Assembly: GCA_964593365.1 (NCBI GenBank)
Contig: CAZQGQ010000001.1
Span: forward strand, 244,585-308,584
Direction of reading: 5' to 3'
DNA: 64,000 nucleotides
DNA from: an uncultured Candidatus Saccharibacteria bacterium
GTDB taxonomy: Bacteria; Patescibacteriota; Minisyncoccia; Phycocordibacterales; Phycocordibacteraceae
This document shows, piece after piece, positions 10,083 to 20,162 of the stretch. Each line of letters starts with the position of its first letter. The first letter of the stretch is position 1. The notes beneath the pieces are model-generated. The model had not been told where the DNA came from. It saw only the letters and a list, made by a program, of their open reading frames with translations, and made no database searches. The translations under genes were made by a program, and so were the position numbers.

Positions 10083-11183
10083 ATGGGCCTCGCTGCGTCA
10101 CATCGTATGTTCAATGAGGCGCTCTCGTTTGCCTCCCGAAACGAACGCAAGCTCGGTGCAGGCTTGTTCGCGTTTGGGTTTTTGACCGATCTCCTTACGT
10201 TCACGCTGCTTCCGCTTTCGGTCATAAACATCTTCTTCGCAAGTTATCTCGTGCTTGCCGCCGTCTGTACCTTCGGCGCGAACGTCATGACGCGCTTTGC
10301 TCTCAACGAAACCTGGTGGCGAAAGACGCTCACCGTTCTCTTTCCGCTTGGCGTCCAGTACGCGCTTGGAGGGCTCTTGTCTGGGTTCGTCGTTTTCTAT
10401 GCAAGCCACTCGGTTGTTGCTGTGTCCTGGCCGTTTCTCGCACTCCTTGCGGTAGTGTATTTTGGAAATGAATATTTCAGGAAGCAGCGCGAACACCTTA
10501 TCTTCCAGACCATTCTCTTCTTCTTCGCCCTCTACGCATATGCGATTTTCGCGCTTCCGTTAATCATTGGTTCTATCGGTCCATGGATCTTTGTCGGAAG
10601 CACGCTAGCCGCGCTGCTTCTCTTCGCTCTGTTCCTCTGGCTCTTGCGCCTGGTGAATCAGGCGCGTGCAAAGGAGAACCTGCGCCCGATAGCGGTGATT
10701 ACGCTTGCGATAACGCTCCTTGTCTCAGGAGCCTATTTCACCGGGGTCATTCCTCCGCTCCCGCTCGCGCTTGCCGAAAGCGGCATCTATCACGCGGTGG
10801 CTCGAACCCCTTCCGGCTATTCGCTTAAGACAGAAGGAGAGCGTTCGTGGTGGGAATTCTGGGCACCCACGCTCCATGTCGTCCCGGGATCTCCTCTCTA
10901 TGCCTATAGCGCTATCGCAGCACCCGCTTCTTTTGGAAGCACGGTCGTGCATCGCTGGGAATACCTGGATGGGCGCGGACGCTGGATCACGGAGAGCAGG
11001 ATCGCGTTCCCGATTACCGGAGGGCGCCAGGGAGGATATCGAGGCTATTCGGCCAAGGAAAACCTCGCAGAGGGCAATTGGAGGGTCTCTATCGAAACGT
11101 CAGGCGGCCAGGTGATCGGACGCATCGGCTTTATGGTAGAAAACACACCGTTCGCACCGGCACTCCAAACGGTTACGCGCTAA
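10083..11183 (+). CDS. Membrane protein with C-terminal DUF2914-like domain
   Basis: About 7 TM segments, then YAYSAIAAP...HRW...GGRQGGYRGYS...WRVSIET. Confidence 0.78.
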   Translation: MGLAASHRMFNEALSFASRNERKLGAGLFAFGFLTDLLTFTLLPLSVINIFFASYLVLAAVCTFGANVMTRFALNETWWRKTLTVLFPLGVQYALGGLLSGFVVFYASHSVVAVSWPFLALLAVVYFGNEYFRKQREHLIFQTILFFFALYAYAIFALPLIIGSIGPWIFVGSTLAALLLFALFLWLLRLVNQARAKENLRPIAVITLAITLLVSGAYFTGVIPPLPLALAESGIYHAVARTPSGYSLKTEGERSWWEFWAPTLHVVPGSPLYAYSAIAAPASFGSTVVHRWEYLDGRGRWITESRIAFPITGGRQGGYRGYSAKENLAEGNWRVSIETSGGQVIGRIGFMVENTPFAPALQTVTR

Positions 11184-11656
11184 GTCGAGCGGACGCGAAG
11201 CTTGGTCTGGCGAGCCTTATCGAGCTTAGGAAGGGTAATGGAGAGTAGGCCGTCTTTTGCTGAAGCGGTTGCGCCGTCTACATCGACTTCCTGGGGAAGC
11301 ATGATGGTTCGGGAGAACGAGCCCCAGAAGAGCTCCTGGCTGAAGTAGTCAGACCCTACTGATTCGCTTCGTTCTTCGCGAGCTCCTTCGATGACGACCA
11401 TGTCGCGGCTGATGGAAACACTCACTTCTTCTGGACGAACGCCTGCTACAAAGGTGCGGATCACAATCTCGTCTGCGGTCTGGTACATGTCGACGGGAAG
11501 CTGGCCTTCGCTTCGTTCTTCTGGAAGGTGTGAAGGGGATGGATTAACGGAGCGGCGCGCTGGAGGGGCATCTACTTCGTCATCAAATACATCGTACTCG
11601 TCATCGATGGGGCGAGAGCCGGAGAGTCGTTCGAAAAGTGAGCGTTTCTTTTGCAT
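11180..11656 (-). CDS. Small heat-shock protein (Hsp20/alpha-crystallin)
   Basis: PVDMYQT, ELFWGSFSRTIMLP, A..KDGLLSITLPK. Confidence 0.92.
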   Translation of the reverse strand: MQKKRSLFERLSGSRPIDDEYDVFDDEVDAPPARRSVNPSPSHLPEERSEGQLPVDMYQTADEIVIRTFVAGVRPEEVSVSISRDMVVIEGAREERSESVGSDYFSQELFWGSFSRTIMLPQEVDVDGATASAKDGLLSITLPKLDKARQTKLRVRST

Positions 11657-11668
11657 GAGGATAATCGC

Positions 11669-12379
11669 TTAGCAGGTATTTTTTGATAAATTGCGATAGC
11701 GGAAGTACTTCAGTATCTCAAACGCAGCGAAGAACACAACTGCGCCAGTCCAGACCGTGAAGAACGCTAGGATTGTGGTCGAACCACCTTCTCGAATTAT
11801 AAAAAAGTTAAAGAGAGCATGCAATCCGATCGCAAGGATAAGTCCGAAGGATGCGATCACTGCGCGCATAGACGGCCGCGAGCGGTACGAGAAGGCGAGC
11901 GCAAACCCAATCGCAGATGAGGCGATCACATGGAGCAAGGTCGAGCCGATGAAGCGCAGGTTGTTAGTCACAAATCCTGCAAGGAAGCGTCCCTCAGACA
12001 GAGGATCAATCAAAAAGAGCGCGTTCTCAAGCGCCGCAAACCCAAGCGCGACGGTAATCATGCAGATCACGATGTCGATCGAGTTTCGGACTGCGTTCTT
12101 GAAGATGAGCGCGACTCCAGCAAAGAGAAGGTATTTCATCGTCTCTTCCGCGGTTGCCCACGCGATGATGACGCCGATCTCACTCGTGAGATACGTGCGG
12201 GCAAGGTCTTCAAACGGAAGCACCAAGGGAACCGCAAGCATGCCGGCGACGAAGGTAACGAAGATCGCCCAGGGCGGCTGCGGGCAGCGCTCTTCCTCTT
12301 TCAAGAGGAAATAGAGCCAGATGAGCGCCGGCAGAAGTCCGCCTATGAATGCATAGGTGAGAGTCTCCAGTGGAGGCAT
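11669..12379 (-). CDS. PrsW family intramembrane protease
   Basis: EETMKY, GFAALEN, R....LLH and HALFN motifs. Confidence 0.88.
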   Translation of the reverse strand: MPPLETLTYAFIGGLLPALIWLYFLLKEEERCPQPPWAIFVTFVAGMLAVPLVLPFEDLARTYLTSEIGVIIAWATAEETMKYLLFAGVALIFKNAVRNSIDIVICMITVALGFAALENALFLIDPLSEGRFLAGFVTNNLRFIGSTLLHVIASSAIGFALAFSYRSRPSMRAVIASFGLILAIGLHALFNFFIIREGGSTTILAFFTVWTGAVVFFAAFEILKYFRYRNLSKNTC

Positions 12380-12405
12380 GTGCCTATTCTAACAGGAGAT
12401 TGGTG

Positions 12406-14520
12406 CTACTTTTGCGCGGGCCACGGGGCGACCATGAGAAGACCTGTATTTCCAGGAAGGGACGACCAGATCTCTTCGGTAACAAAGGGCATAAACGGAT
12501 GGAGCAGGGTGAGGATGCGCTTCAAGATAATGCGAAGGACGGTAGAGCGCGACTGCTTGGCGATAAGATCGTCTCCCTGGAGGATTGCCTTGGATTCCTC
12601 AAGAATGACATCTGCAAGGCGATGCCATGCGTAATGATAGAGCTTCTCGGCTGCCATATACGCGCGGTAGGAGTCCAAATCCCGGGTAACGTCAGCGGTA
12701 AGCGCATCAAGTTCCGCAAGAAGCACCCCGTCTTCCTCTTGCAGGGCATCGCTATCGTTTTCGTCAGCTCGCTCAAGAATGAAGCGCGTGATATTCCAAA
12801 GTTTGTTCGAGAAATGCTTGTAGCCTTTCACTTTGTCTTCTTGAAGCGCGAGATCCGTTCCCGGAGTGTTTCCGACGATGAGCGCCATGCGAAGCGCGTC
12901 CGTTCCGTACTTATCTGTGAGCGTAAGCGGATTGATAACGTTGCCTTTCGACTTACTCATCTTCTTTCCTTTCGCGTCATTCACGAGCCCATGGAAATAC
13001 ACTTTGGAGAACGGCACCTGGTCTGAAAGATAGAGCCCGAATACGATCATTCGCGATACCCAGAAGAAGATGAGGTCGCGCCCGGTCTCCATAACATCGG
13101 TCGGGTAATACGTACTGAAATCTTTCCCATCTGGATACCCGGTCACGAGAAGCGGCCACTGTCCGGAAGAGAACCAGGTATCGAAGGTGTCGATGTCTTG
13201 CGTCCATCCTTCTCCGGGGCTCTCAAGCGAGGCCACCGCAGTCCCGTCCTTGAACCATGCGGGAATAGGGATGCCCCAGACGATCTGGCGGCTGATGTTC
13301 CAATCGAGCGTGTTCTCCATCCAGTGCCTGAAGGTCTTCTCTTCGTACTCAGGAATGAAGCGCACGTCGCCTGAATTTACTGCCGTGATCGCCATGTTTG
13401 CGAGCGGTGCCATCTTCACGAACCATTGGTCTTTCACCTGCGGCTCGATGACGGTCTGGCACTTGTAGCACTTTTTCACGACGTTCTTATACGCTTCGTC
13501 TGTCTTCACCACGAGACCTTTTGCTTGCAGTTTCTCGACGATCTTCGCTCGCGCTTCCGTTATCTTCATCCCTTCAAACTCTGCAGCGACCGGAAGAAGC
13601 TTTCCTCGCTCATCAATGATCTGTTGCATATCCAAGCTATGGCGCTTCGCGATCTCAAAGTCGATCTGCGAGTGCCAAGGGGTGATCGTCATGACTCCGG
13701 TCCCAAATTCCATATCTGCCGCTGCATCCTTGATGACGGTCGCCGTGATAGGACCATTGATCCACTCCACTTCAAGCGTGTCTCCATGCTTCCATTTGCT
13801 GTAGCGCTTATCGTCCGGGTGCATGACGACGTACTTGTCTCCGAACTTTGTTTCCGGGCGCACCGTGCCTATCTCAAAGGGGCCGTAGGTAAGCGTGTAG
13901 AACGGAGTCGTTTCCTCGACGCTGTCCGTCTCGACATCTGACAGGGAGGTCTGGTGCTTGAAGCACCAATTGACCGTACGCGCTCCGCGATACACAAGGC
14001 CGTCATTGAACATCTTCACGAAGGTCTGCTGCACTCGCTTCACGACATCGGGGTCAAGTGTGAATTTCTCGCGCGACCAGTCGCAGGAGGCGCCGAGCGC
14101 ACGCACCTGGTTTTCCATCGTGGTCTTGTTCGCGAGCGTGAAGGCGAGTATTTCCTTATAGAGCTCCTTCGGATCCATCCCGAAGCGTGAGCGTCCTTCC
14201 TTCTCGAGCTTCTTCTCGTAGACGACCTGCGTCTCAAACCCCGCGTGATCTGCTCCCGGTATCCAAAGCGCGCGGTACCCCTGCATTCGCTTGAAGCGGG
14301 TAAAGATGTCTTGCACGGTCACAAAGAGCGCGTGTCCCGCATGGAGGTCTCCGTTTGCGTTTGGCGGAGGCATGACGATCGTGAAGGGCTTGCCCTCTGT
14401 CTGGCTCAGGAGTTCCTTGGGCAGGTTGTCCGGATTGAAATACCCGCTTTCCTCCCAGGCCGCATAGATGCGCGTCTCGGTCTGGGCCGGGTCGTACGGC
14501 TTGAGGAATTTCTCATTCAT
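12406..14520 (-). CDS. valS: Valyl-tRNA synthetase (short form)
   Basis: PPPNANGDLHAGHA, WNISRQIVWG, DTWFSS, KMSKSKGN. Confidence 0.96.
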   Translation of the reverse strand: MNEKFLKPYDPAQTETRIYAAWEESGYFNPDNLPKELLSQTEGKPFTIVMPPPNANGDLHAGHALFVTVQDIFTRFKRMQGYRALWIPGADHAGFETQVVYEKKLEKEGRSRFGMDPKELYKEILAFTLANKTTMENQVRALGASCDWSREKFTLDPDVVKRVQQTFVKMFNDGLVYRGARTVNWCFKHQTSLSDVETDSVEETTPFYTLTYGPFEIGTVRPETKFGDKYVVMHPDDKRYSKWKHGDTLEVEWINGPITATVIKDAAADMEFGTGVMTITPWHSQIDFEIAKRHSLDMQQIIDERGKLLPVAAEFEGMKITEARAKIVEKLQAKGLVVKTDEAYKNVVKKCYKCQTVIEPQVKDQWFVKMAPLANMAITAVNSGDVRFIPEYEEKTFRHWMENTLDWNISRQIVWGIPIPAWFKDGTAVASLESPGEGWTQDIDTFDTWFSSGQWPLLVTGYPDGKDFSTYYPTDVMETGRDLIFFWVSRMIVFGLYLSDQVPFSKVYFHGLVNDAKGKKMSKSKGNVINPLTLTDKYGTDALRMALIVGNTPGTDLALQEDKVKGYKHFSNKLWNITRFILERADENDSDALQEEDGVLLAELDALTADVTRDLDSYRAYMAAEKLYHYAWHRLADVILEESKAILQGDDLIAKQSRSTVLRIILKRILTLLHPFMPFVTEEIWSSLPGNTGLLMVAPWPAQK

Positions 14521-14556
14521 CGTCAAAATATAGCAAAAAGAAGCCTGTTTTGCTTG

Positions 14557-15729
14557 CTAGCGCTCGGAAAGGGACAGGTTGCTGTTGGCTTCGAATTCAG
14601 TTGCAAACATCCCGAGCTTAGCGCGGAAATACCCTGCAACGGCGATCATGATCGCATTGTCAGTGGTCAGGGAAGCGGGCGGGATGCGAAGTTCAGTTTC
14701 CGGATGCTCGTCTTTGATTAATTCTGCGAAGACTTTGCGAATCTGCTTGTTCGCAGAGACGCCCCCGCCAAGCGCAAGTAATTTAGCGTTCGTCTCATCA
14801 AGCGCCCTTGAAGTCTTCTTCCAAAGAACCTCACACACGGCGTCTTCAAATTCCTCCGCAAGCTTCTCGCGCTCTTCTTGAGTAATATCCGGATGTTTTT
14901 TCAAAAGATAGAGAACCGACGTCTTGATACCGCTCCACGAGAAATCACAGGAATCATCAGTAAGCATGGGGCGTGGAAGAGTGAACGGCTTTGGAGCACC
15001 GCTTGCGCGTCCCGCCTCAGCAAGCTTCGAGATCTCAGGGCCGCCCGGATATGGAAGGCCGAGCATGCGCGCGACTTTATCGAACGCTTCGCCAACGGCA
15101 TCATCTCGCGTCCTGCCAATGAGCGTATAGGAAAACCAGTCACGCATTAAGACAAGCTCCGTGTGTCCTCCAGAAATAAGAAGAGTGAGAAGCGGGAAGG
15201 CTGGAGTTGCCAAGACAAGTTCCTTCTCGCTTTCAAGCGCTAGAAGGCCTGCAAGCAAATGTCCTTCCATGTGGTTAATAGGAACCACGGGAATATTCCA
15301 GGCAAGAGAGAGCGCCTTGGTAAAGTTCACTCCGACCCAAAGCGCAGGAGCAAGCCCAGGACCATGGGTCACTGCGATCGCATCTATCTGCGGGCGCTCG
15401 GTACGTGAGATGAAGGAGAGAAACGCGTCAGAAAGGCCTGGCTCTCGCTCGAGGATGCGGGCAAGTTCTTCCTGCGTTGGAACATCCTGTGGAGTCTCAG
15501 TATACAAACCAGCTTCTTCAAGTGTTGCGGCAAGGAGCGGTACGAGGTTTTTTGCATGTTCTCGCTTGGCGAGTGTTGGATAGACGCCCCCATATTCCCG
15601 ATGCAGCTCGATTTGGGAGAGCGCGGCGTTTCCAAGAATCGTAAAGCGAGTGGAATCTCCAGCCTCGCGCCCTTCAAGCAGCGCGATGGCCGTATCGTCG
15701 CAGGATGTCTCAATCGCGAGGATTCGCAT
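14557..15729 (-). CDS. tsaD: tRNA t6A threonylcarbamoyltransferase TsaD
   Basis: ILAIETSCDDT, HMEGH, LISGGHT, DDAVGEAFDKVAR, TDNAIMIA. Confidence 0.96.
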   Translation of the reverse strand: MRILAIETSCDDTAIALLEGREAGDSTRFTILGNAALSQIELHREYGGVYPTLAKREHAKNLVPLLAATLEEAGLYTETPQDVPTQEELARILEREPGLSDAFLSFISRTERPQIDAIAVTHGPGLAPALWVGVNFTKALSLAWNIPVVPINHMEGHLLAGLLALESEKELVLATPAFPLLTLLISGGHTELVLMRDWFSYTLIGRTRDDAVGEAFDKVARMLGLPYPGGPEISKLAEAGRASGAPKPFTLPRPMLTDDSCDFSWSGIKTSVLYLLKKHPDITQEEREKLAEEFEDAVCEVLWKKTSRALDETNAKLLALGGGVSANKQIRKVFAELIKDEHPETELRIPPASLTTDNAIMIAVAGYFRAKLGMFATEFEANSNLSLSER

Positions 15730-16576
15730 CGTCTTTGATCAGGGTCCAAGGATAAGGACCTTCGCGAGGAATAAGGAATCCGGCAGAGCTTGTGTGGCCG
15801 TTGCCTCCGAATTTCTCCGCAATGGCCGCGACATTCACTGAACCATCGCCGCGAATGGAAACGCCGTATCCATAGGGATGCGCTGCGACAACAAGCGCGA
15901 TGGGCGGATACTTTTTCGCAAGCTTGTTTCCGACCAGCGACTTCATCGGCTTGTATGGATGAGCGGTCGCGAAAGCGCAGGTGTAGCCCTCGAACTCGAC
16001 GAGTACGGATTTCTCAACAGCAAGGTCAGCAAGGAGTTCAAAATACTCGCCATAGGTGCGCGCCTTCATGATAAGCGTCTCTCGGGTGCTTGGATCTGCA
16101 AGCATGCTAGCTACCTCGTCCCAGAACTCGAACGTGGTTGGGTTAACGCCTAGATAAGCGAGCATAGGGCGGGTATCGGGAAGCGAGAAGCGGAAGAGGT
16201 CATCGTCCTCTATATATTGGAGAAGCTCGGGGATGGCTTCGCCGGGATGGAAATAGTTCCAGGCAAGAGTAGCTCCGGAATGATCGGTGCTGTAGACGTG
16301 GTCTGGCATGCTCTCGATCACATCCTGGACTCCTTCATGATGGTCGAGGACGGTGAGGGAGGTAGCAGCCTCAAGGAAGCGGTCCATGACATCTTTTGTA
16401 TATACGAAATCGATGAAATAGACCTTGTTGCCGCGAGCGGTCTCTACCGGAGGCTCCTCGTTCCTGGAAAGGGAAATATACTCGGCAGAAGTGCCAAGTT
16501 TTTTCCAGGCGGCATACGCCCCGCCAAACCCGTCTGGGCAGCCGCCGTGATAGAAAACAATCGTTCGCTCGCCCAT
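15710..16576 (-). CDS. DHH/DHHA1 family phosphoesterase (nanoRNase-like)
   Basis: YH..CPDG, LDHH and GGNGH..AGF motifs. Confidence 0.85.
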   Translation of the reverse strand: MGERTIVFYHGGCPDGFGGAYAAWKKLGTSAEYISLSRNEEPPVETARGNKVYFIDFVYTKDVMDRFLEAATSLTVLDHHEGVQDVIESMPDHVYSTDHSGATLAWNYFHPGEAIPELLQYIEDDDLFRFSLPDTRPMLAYLGVNPTTFEFWDEVASMLADPSTRETLIMKARTYGEYFELLADLAVEKSVLVEFEGYTCAFATAHPYKPMKSLVGNKLAKKYPPIALVVAAHPYGYGVSIRGDGSVNVAAIAEKFGGNGHTSSAGFLIPREGPYPWTLIKDDANPRD

Positions 16577-16622
16577 ATAGCATCCGTTATAGCCTATTTA
16601 TACGCGGTATACTAGTCGGATT

Positions 16623-18395
16623 ATGCATTCCATGTGGCGGAGTAATATACCGCGGACCACCAATCCGCTTCGCTTCTTTTTCTTTGCGTCTCGTCCGCAC
16701 TGGAAAATGGCCCTTCTGGCATCTTTGTTCGTCATCACTTCGGCTGCTCTAAGCGCCTTTATCCCGTACCTGTACAAGCTCATTGTCGATGCCGTCATGG
16801 TTCTTGATGAGGGTTCCTATAGGCCAGTGTGGATCGCGGTCTTCACGTATGTGGCCATTTCCCTTACAGCAGACCTCTGCATGCGCGGAAGCGGGTTTGC
16901 CGGCATGCACTGGGCAAACGGCATAAGAGCCACGGTCCGGGAGGCCCTCAACTCCTACATCACGCTTCATAGCTACCGATACTTCTCTAATAACTTTGCA
17001 GGCTCGCTTGCAAGCAAAATCAAGCAGGCTGCTGAAAGCCTTTCCGACTTATCTGAGATGTATCTCTGGTCCTTCCTTGGGTTTTTTGTCTCCGTGGTCA
17101 CGGGCTTCACCATCGTGTTCCTTACGAGCCCAGTCGTTGGGCTTATCTTGTTTGGGCTCTTTGCGATCATTACGCCCTTGAACATTGTCCTTGCCCGAGG
17201 CCGCGTACCGCTTTCAGTCGCTAACCAGGCAGCAGAAACAAAATTGACTGGAGCAAACATCGACCTGCTTACCAACATCAATGCGGTGCATGAGTATGCT
17301 CGCCGCAAGTTCGAGCTCAAGCATCTGCGAGAGCTCATCCTTATCCGGCGCGAGCGGTCTCTTACCAACTGGCGATACGGCGAGTGGATCCTGCTCTTGA
17401 ATAACGTACTGCAGGCCTTTTTCATCGCAGCCATGATGCTCGTTGCTGTCGACCTCGCGATCAAGGGAGAGATCACCCCGGGCGACATCATCCTCTTCCT
17501 CGCCATGGTGTTCCTGCTTCGAGGACAGCTGACATTCATCGGTTCTCAGTTCAATCACCTTGCAGAGAAGTGGGGAACGATCAAGGAAAGCCTTACGGAT
17601 ATCACCAAAGATCACGAAGTGGCAGATACGCAGGAGGCCTCCGAATTAATGGTTTCCAGAGGCGGCGTCTCGTTTGAAAATGTCGTCTTTGAGTATGAAG
17701 GCATCCCTGTCTTTAGCGATCTTACCTTCGATATCCCTGCCGGGCAGCGAGTGGGAATCATTGGCAGAAGCGGTGCGGGGAAATCCACTCTCGTGAAGCT
17801 CATTTTGCGCCACTATGATCTCAATGGGGGACGCATTGTCATTGATGGCACCGATATAAGCTCAGTCACCAAAGAAAGCCTTCGAGAAGCAATCGCCATA
17901 GTTCCTCAGGAAGCTGCTCTGTTCCATCGCAGTATCCATGACAACATCGCGTATGGGCTTACAAACGCAACGCGCGAAGAAGTCATCCGTGCCGCTACGC
18001 AGGCACAGGCGCACGAATTCATCGAGCGCCTCCCCGAGGGATATGAGTCGATGGTAGGTGAGCGCGGCATAAAGCTTTCAGGCGGTCAGCGCCAGCGCAT
18101 TGCGATTGCGCGTGCGCTCATTAAAGACGCTCCGATCCTTCTCCTTGATGAGGCGACGAGCGCGCTTGATAGTGAGAGCGAAGGTGCCGTGCAAAAGGCA
18201 CTCCTTCGCCTTATGGAAGGCCGCACCGTGCTTGCAATCGCGCATCGCCTCTCGACGCTTCGCGCCATGGATCGGCTGATCATCTTTGATGCCGGGAAGA
18301 TAGTCGAAGACGGAACGCACGAAGAGCTCCTTAAGAAGAAGGGACTGTACGCGGATCTCTGGACGCACCAGGCGGGAGGATTCTTGGAAGACTAG
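16623..18395 (+). CDS. ABC exporter, fused permease/ATPase
   Basis: TM domain plus GRSGAGKST, LSGGQRQRIAIAR, LLDEATSALD, IAHRLST. Confidence 0.93.
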   Translation: MHSMWRSNIPRTTNPLRFFFFASRPHWKMALLASLFVITSAALSAFIPYLYKLIVDAVMVLDEGSYRPVWIAVFTYVAISLTADLCMRGSGFAGMHWANGIRATVREALNSYITLHSYRYFSNNFAGSLASKIKQAAESLSDLSEMYLWSFLGFFVSVVTGFTIVFLTSPVVGLILFGLFAIITPLNIVLARGRVPLSVANQAAETKLTGANIDLLTNINAVHEYARRKFELKHLRELILIRRERSLTNWRYGEWILLLNNVLQAFFIAAMMLVAVDLAIKGEITPGDIILFLAMVFLLRGQLTFIGSQFNHLAEKWGTIKESLTDITKDHEVADTQEASELMVSRGGVSFENVVFEYEGIPVFSDLTFDIPAGQRVGIIGRSGAGKSTLVKLILRHYDLNGGRIVIDGTDISSVTKESLREAIAIVPQEAALFHRSIHDNIAYGLTNATREEVIRAATQAQAHEFIERLPEGYESMVGERGIKLSGGQRQRIAIARALIKDAPILLLDEATSALDSESEGAVQKALLRLMEGRTVLAIAHRLSTLRAMDRLIIFDAGKIVEDGTHEELLKKKGLYADLWTHQAGGFLED

Positions 18396-19393
18396 GCTTT
18401 CTTGCTTCGCTCTTGAAGCGAGGACCAATACGAGGCTCCCACAAACGCAAGACCGACAAGGCCAGTAATGACTTCTGGCACGTGCGTGAACACGCTTGCA
18501 AGCATCGCCGCAGCAAGACCAAGAATCGCCCAGTGTGCTCCGTGTTCGAGATAGGCAAGAGCGTCGAGGGTCTTTTGGCGGACCATATAGATAGTAAGGG
18601 AGCGAACGAAGTACGCGCCAACGCCAAGCCCAACGACAATCACCGGAAGCTGGTTGGTGATAGCGAAGGCTCCGATAACGCCGTCGAGCGAGAAGGCAGC
18701 GTCGAGGATTTCTAGATAGAGAAAGAGCGCGAGACTTCCGCTTGCCATGGATGCGGCGTTCGCTTCAACTGAGAATGCGTTTGCAATTGCCTGGATACCA
18801 ATGAAAAGCAGGATACCAATGGTGCCTGCGAACAATACGGTCGCTGCAGACTCGGGAAGGACGAGCGCGATAACCGCAAGCACGGCAAGCGCAATGCCTA
18901 TCTCAAGGGCTTCGATACGTCCCCAGCGAGCCACACGGCGCTCAATGAAATGGATCCAGTGCACGTCCTTACCTTCGTCAAAGAAGTATTTCAACGAAAC
19001 CATGAGCAAGAAGATTCCTCCGAAGGAAGAGATAGCCACACGAGCGCCTTCAAGGAGGTGCCCGTACGCCTCCGGGTCATTCAGAACCAATGCGCCAACC
19101 GCAAATGGCGACATCGACACGCTTATCGCAACGATAAGGATGGGAAGCAAGAAGCGCGTTCCAAAGACGGCGATAAGGATACCCCAGGTAAGGAAGTAGT
19201 TCTGCCACTTCGTGTTCATCCGCTTCAGCACTTTTGCGTTAACGACCGCGTTATCAAAGGAAAGAGTAACTTCAAGAATAGTGAGGAGTATGGCAATGAA
19301 CAGAGCGGTCCAACCACCCCACACGAATATGGCGATAAGCGCTACAACCCAAATGATGATTGATACTGAGAACGACCGAATAATTGCATCCAT
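18392..19393 (-). CDS. DUF475/TerC-like membrane protein
   Basis: LEVTLSFDNAVVNA, DAAFSLDGVIGAFAIT, YLEHGAHWAI. Confidence 0.9.
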   Translation of the reverse strand: MDAIIRSFSVSIIIWVVALIAIFVWGGWTALFIAILLTILEVTLSFDNAVVNAKVLKRMNTKWQNYFLTWGILIAVFGTRFLLPILIVAISVSMSPFAVGALVLNDPEAYGHLLEGARVAISSFGGIFLLMVSLKYFFDEGKDVHWIHFIERRVARWGRIEALEIGIALAVLAVIALVLPESAATVLFAGTIGILLFIGIQAIANAFSVEANAASMASGSLALFLYLEILDAAFSLDGVIGAFAITNQLPVIVVGLGVGAYFVRSLTIYMVRQKTLDALAYLEHGAHWAILGLAAAMLASVFTHVPEVITGLVGLAFVGASYWSSLQERSKKA

Positions 19394-19410
19394 AGCAGGT
19401 TATGAGTTAT

Positions 19411-19486
19411 TGGTGCGCGATACAGGACTCGAACCTGTGACCCTCCCCACGTCAAGGGGATGCTCTACCAACTGAGCTAACCGCGC
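19411..19486 (-). tRNA. tRNA-Val (GAC), CCA encoded
   Basis: Reverse-complement cloverleaf; arm TCCCC-TTGACGT-GGGGA. Confidence 0.95.
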
Positions 19487-19530
19487 GTAGGATGCAGAAT
19501 ATCGCGTTTAACGGTAGGATTCAACCGCTT

Positions 19531-20151
19531 ATGGAGATAGTACGGCTTACCCCAGATAATCTTGAAGAGGCTGCGAAGAAAGCCTCGGAAGTCCTCGCTG
19601 CAGGCGGCATCGTCGTCTATCCAACCGATACGGTGTACGGCCTTGCCGTCGACGCGCTTGATATGGAAGCACTTAATCGCCTGAAGCGCCTCAAAGGACG
19701 CGACACCAAGCGCCCCATCTCGATCGTTGTTCCGGACCTGAAGACCATGGAAGAATGCGGAACGCTCAATGAGGCAGCGCGAGCATTCGCTTCAACTCAC
19801 TTGCCAGGACCGCTTACGCTCGTGCTCCCGGCGCATCCCTATGTTCCTTCCGAGCTTACGCTTAACGGAGGCGTGGGAGTTCGTATCCCAAACGATCCTT
19901 TCTGTCTTACGCTTGCACGCGCATACGGGCGCCCGTTCACAACGACAAGCGCAAACCAAACGCATATGACGACCCCCAAGACGGTTACCGAACTTGTCTG
20001 GCACTTTGGTCCTCGAGTCTCAGAAATCGCGCTCATCATCGATGACGGCGAGCGTGCCGGAGGGTCCGGTTCAACGGTAGTGTCATGCCTTGAAGAGACG
20101 CCTCGCATTCTTCGCCAAGGCGTCCTTTCTCGCGAAGAACTCGGACTCTAG
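19531..20151 (+). CDS. tsaC: Threonylcarbamoyl-AMP synthase (TsaC/YrdC)
   Basis: YPTDTVYGL, K.R, PGPLTLVL, TTSAN, STVV. Confidence 0.92.
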   Translation: MEIVRLTPDNLEEAAKKASEVLAAGGIVVYPTDTVYGLAVDALDMEALNRLKRLKGRDTKRPISIVVPDLKTMEECGTLNEAARAFASTHLPGPLTLVLPAHPYVPSELTLNGGVGVRIPNDPFCLTLARAYGRPFTTTSANQTHMTTPKTVTELVWHFGPRVSEIALIIDDGERAGGSGSTVVSCLEETPRILRQGVLSREELGL

Positions 20152-20162
20152 TATTCCCTGGC

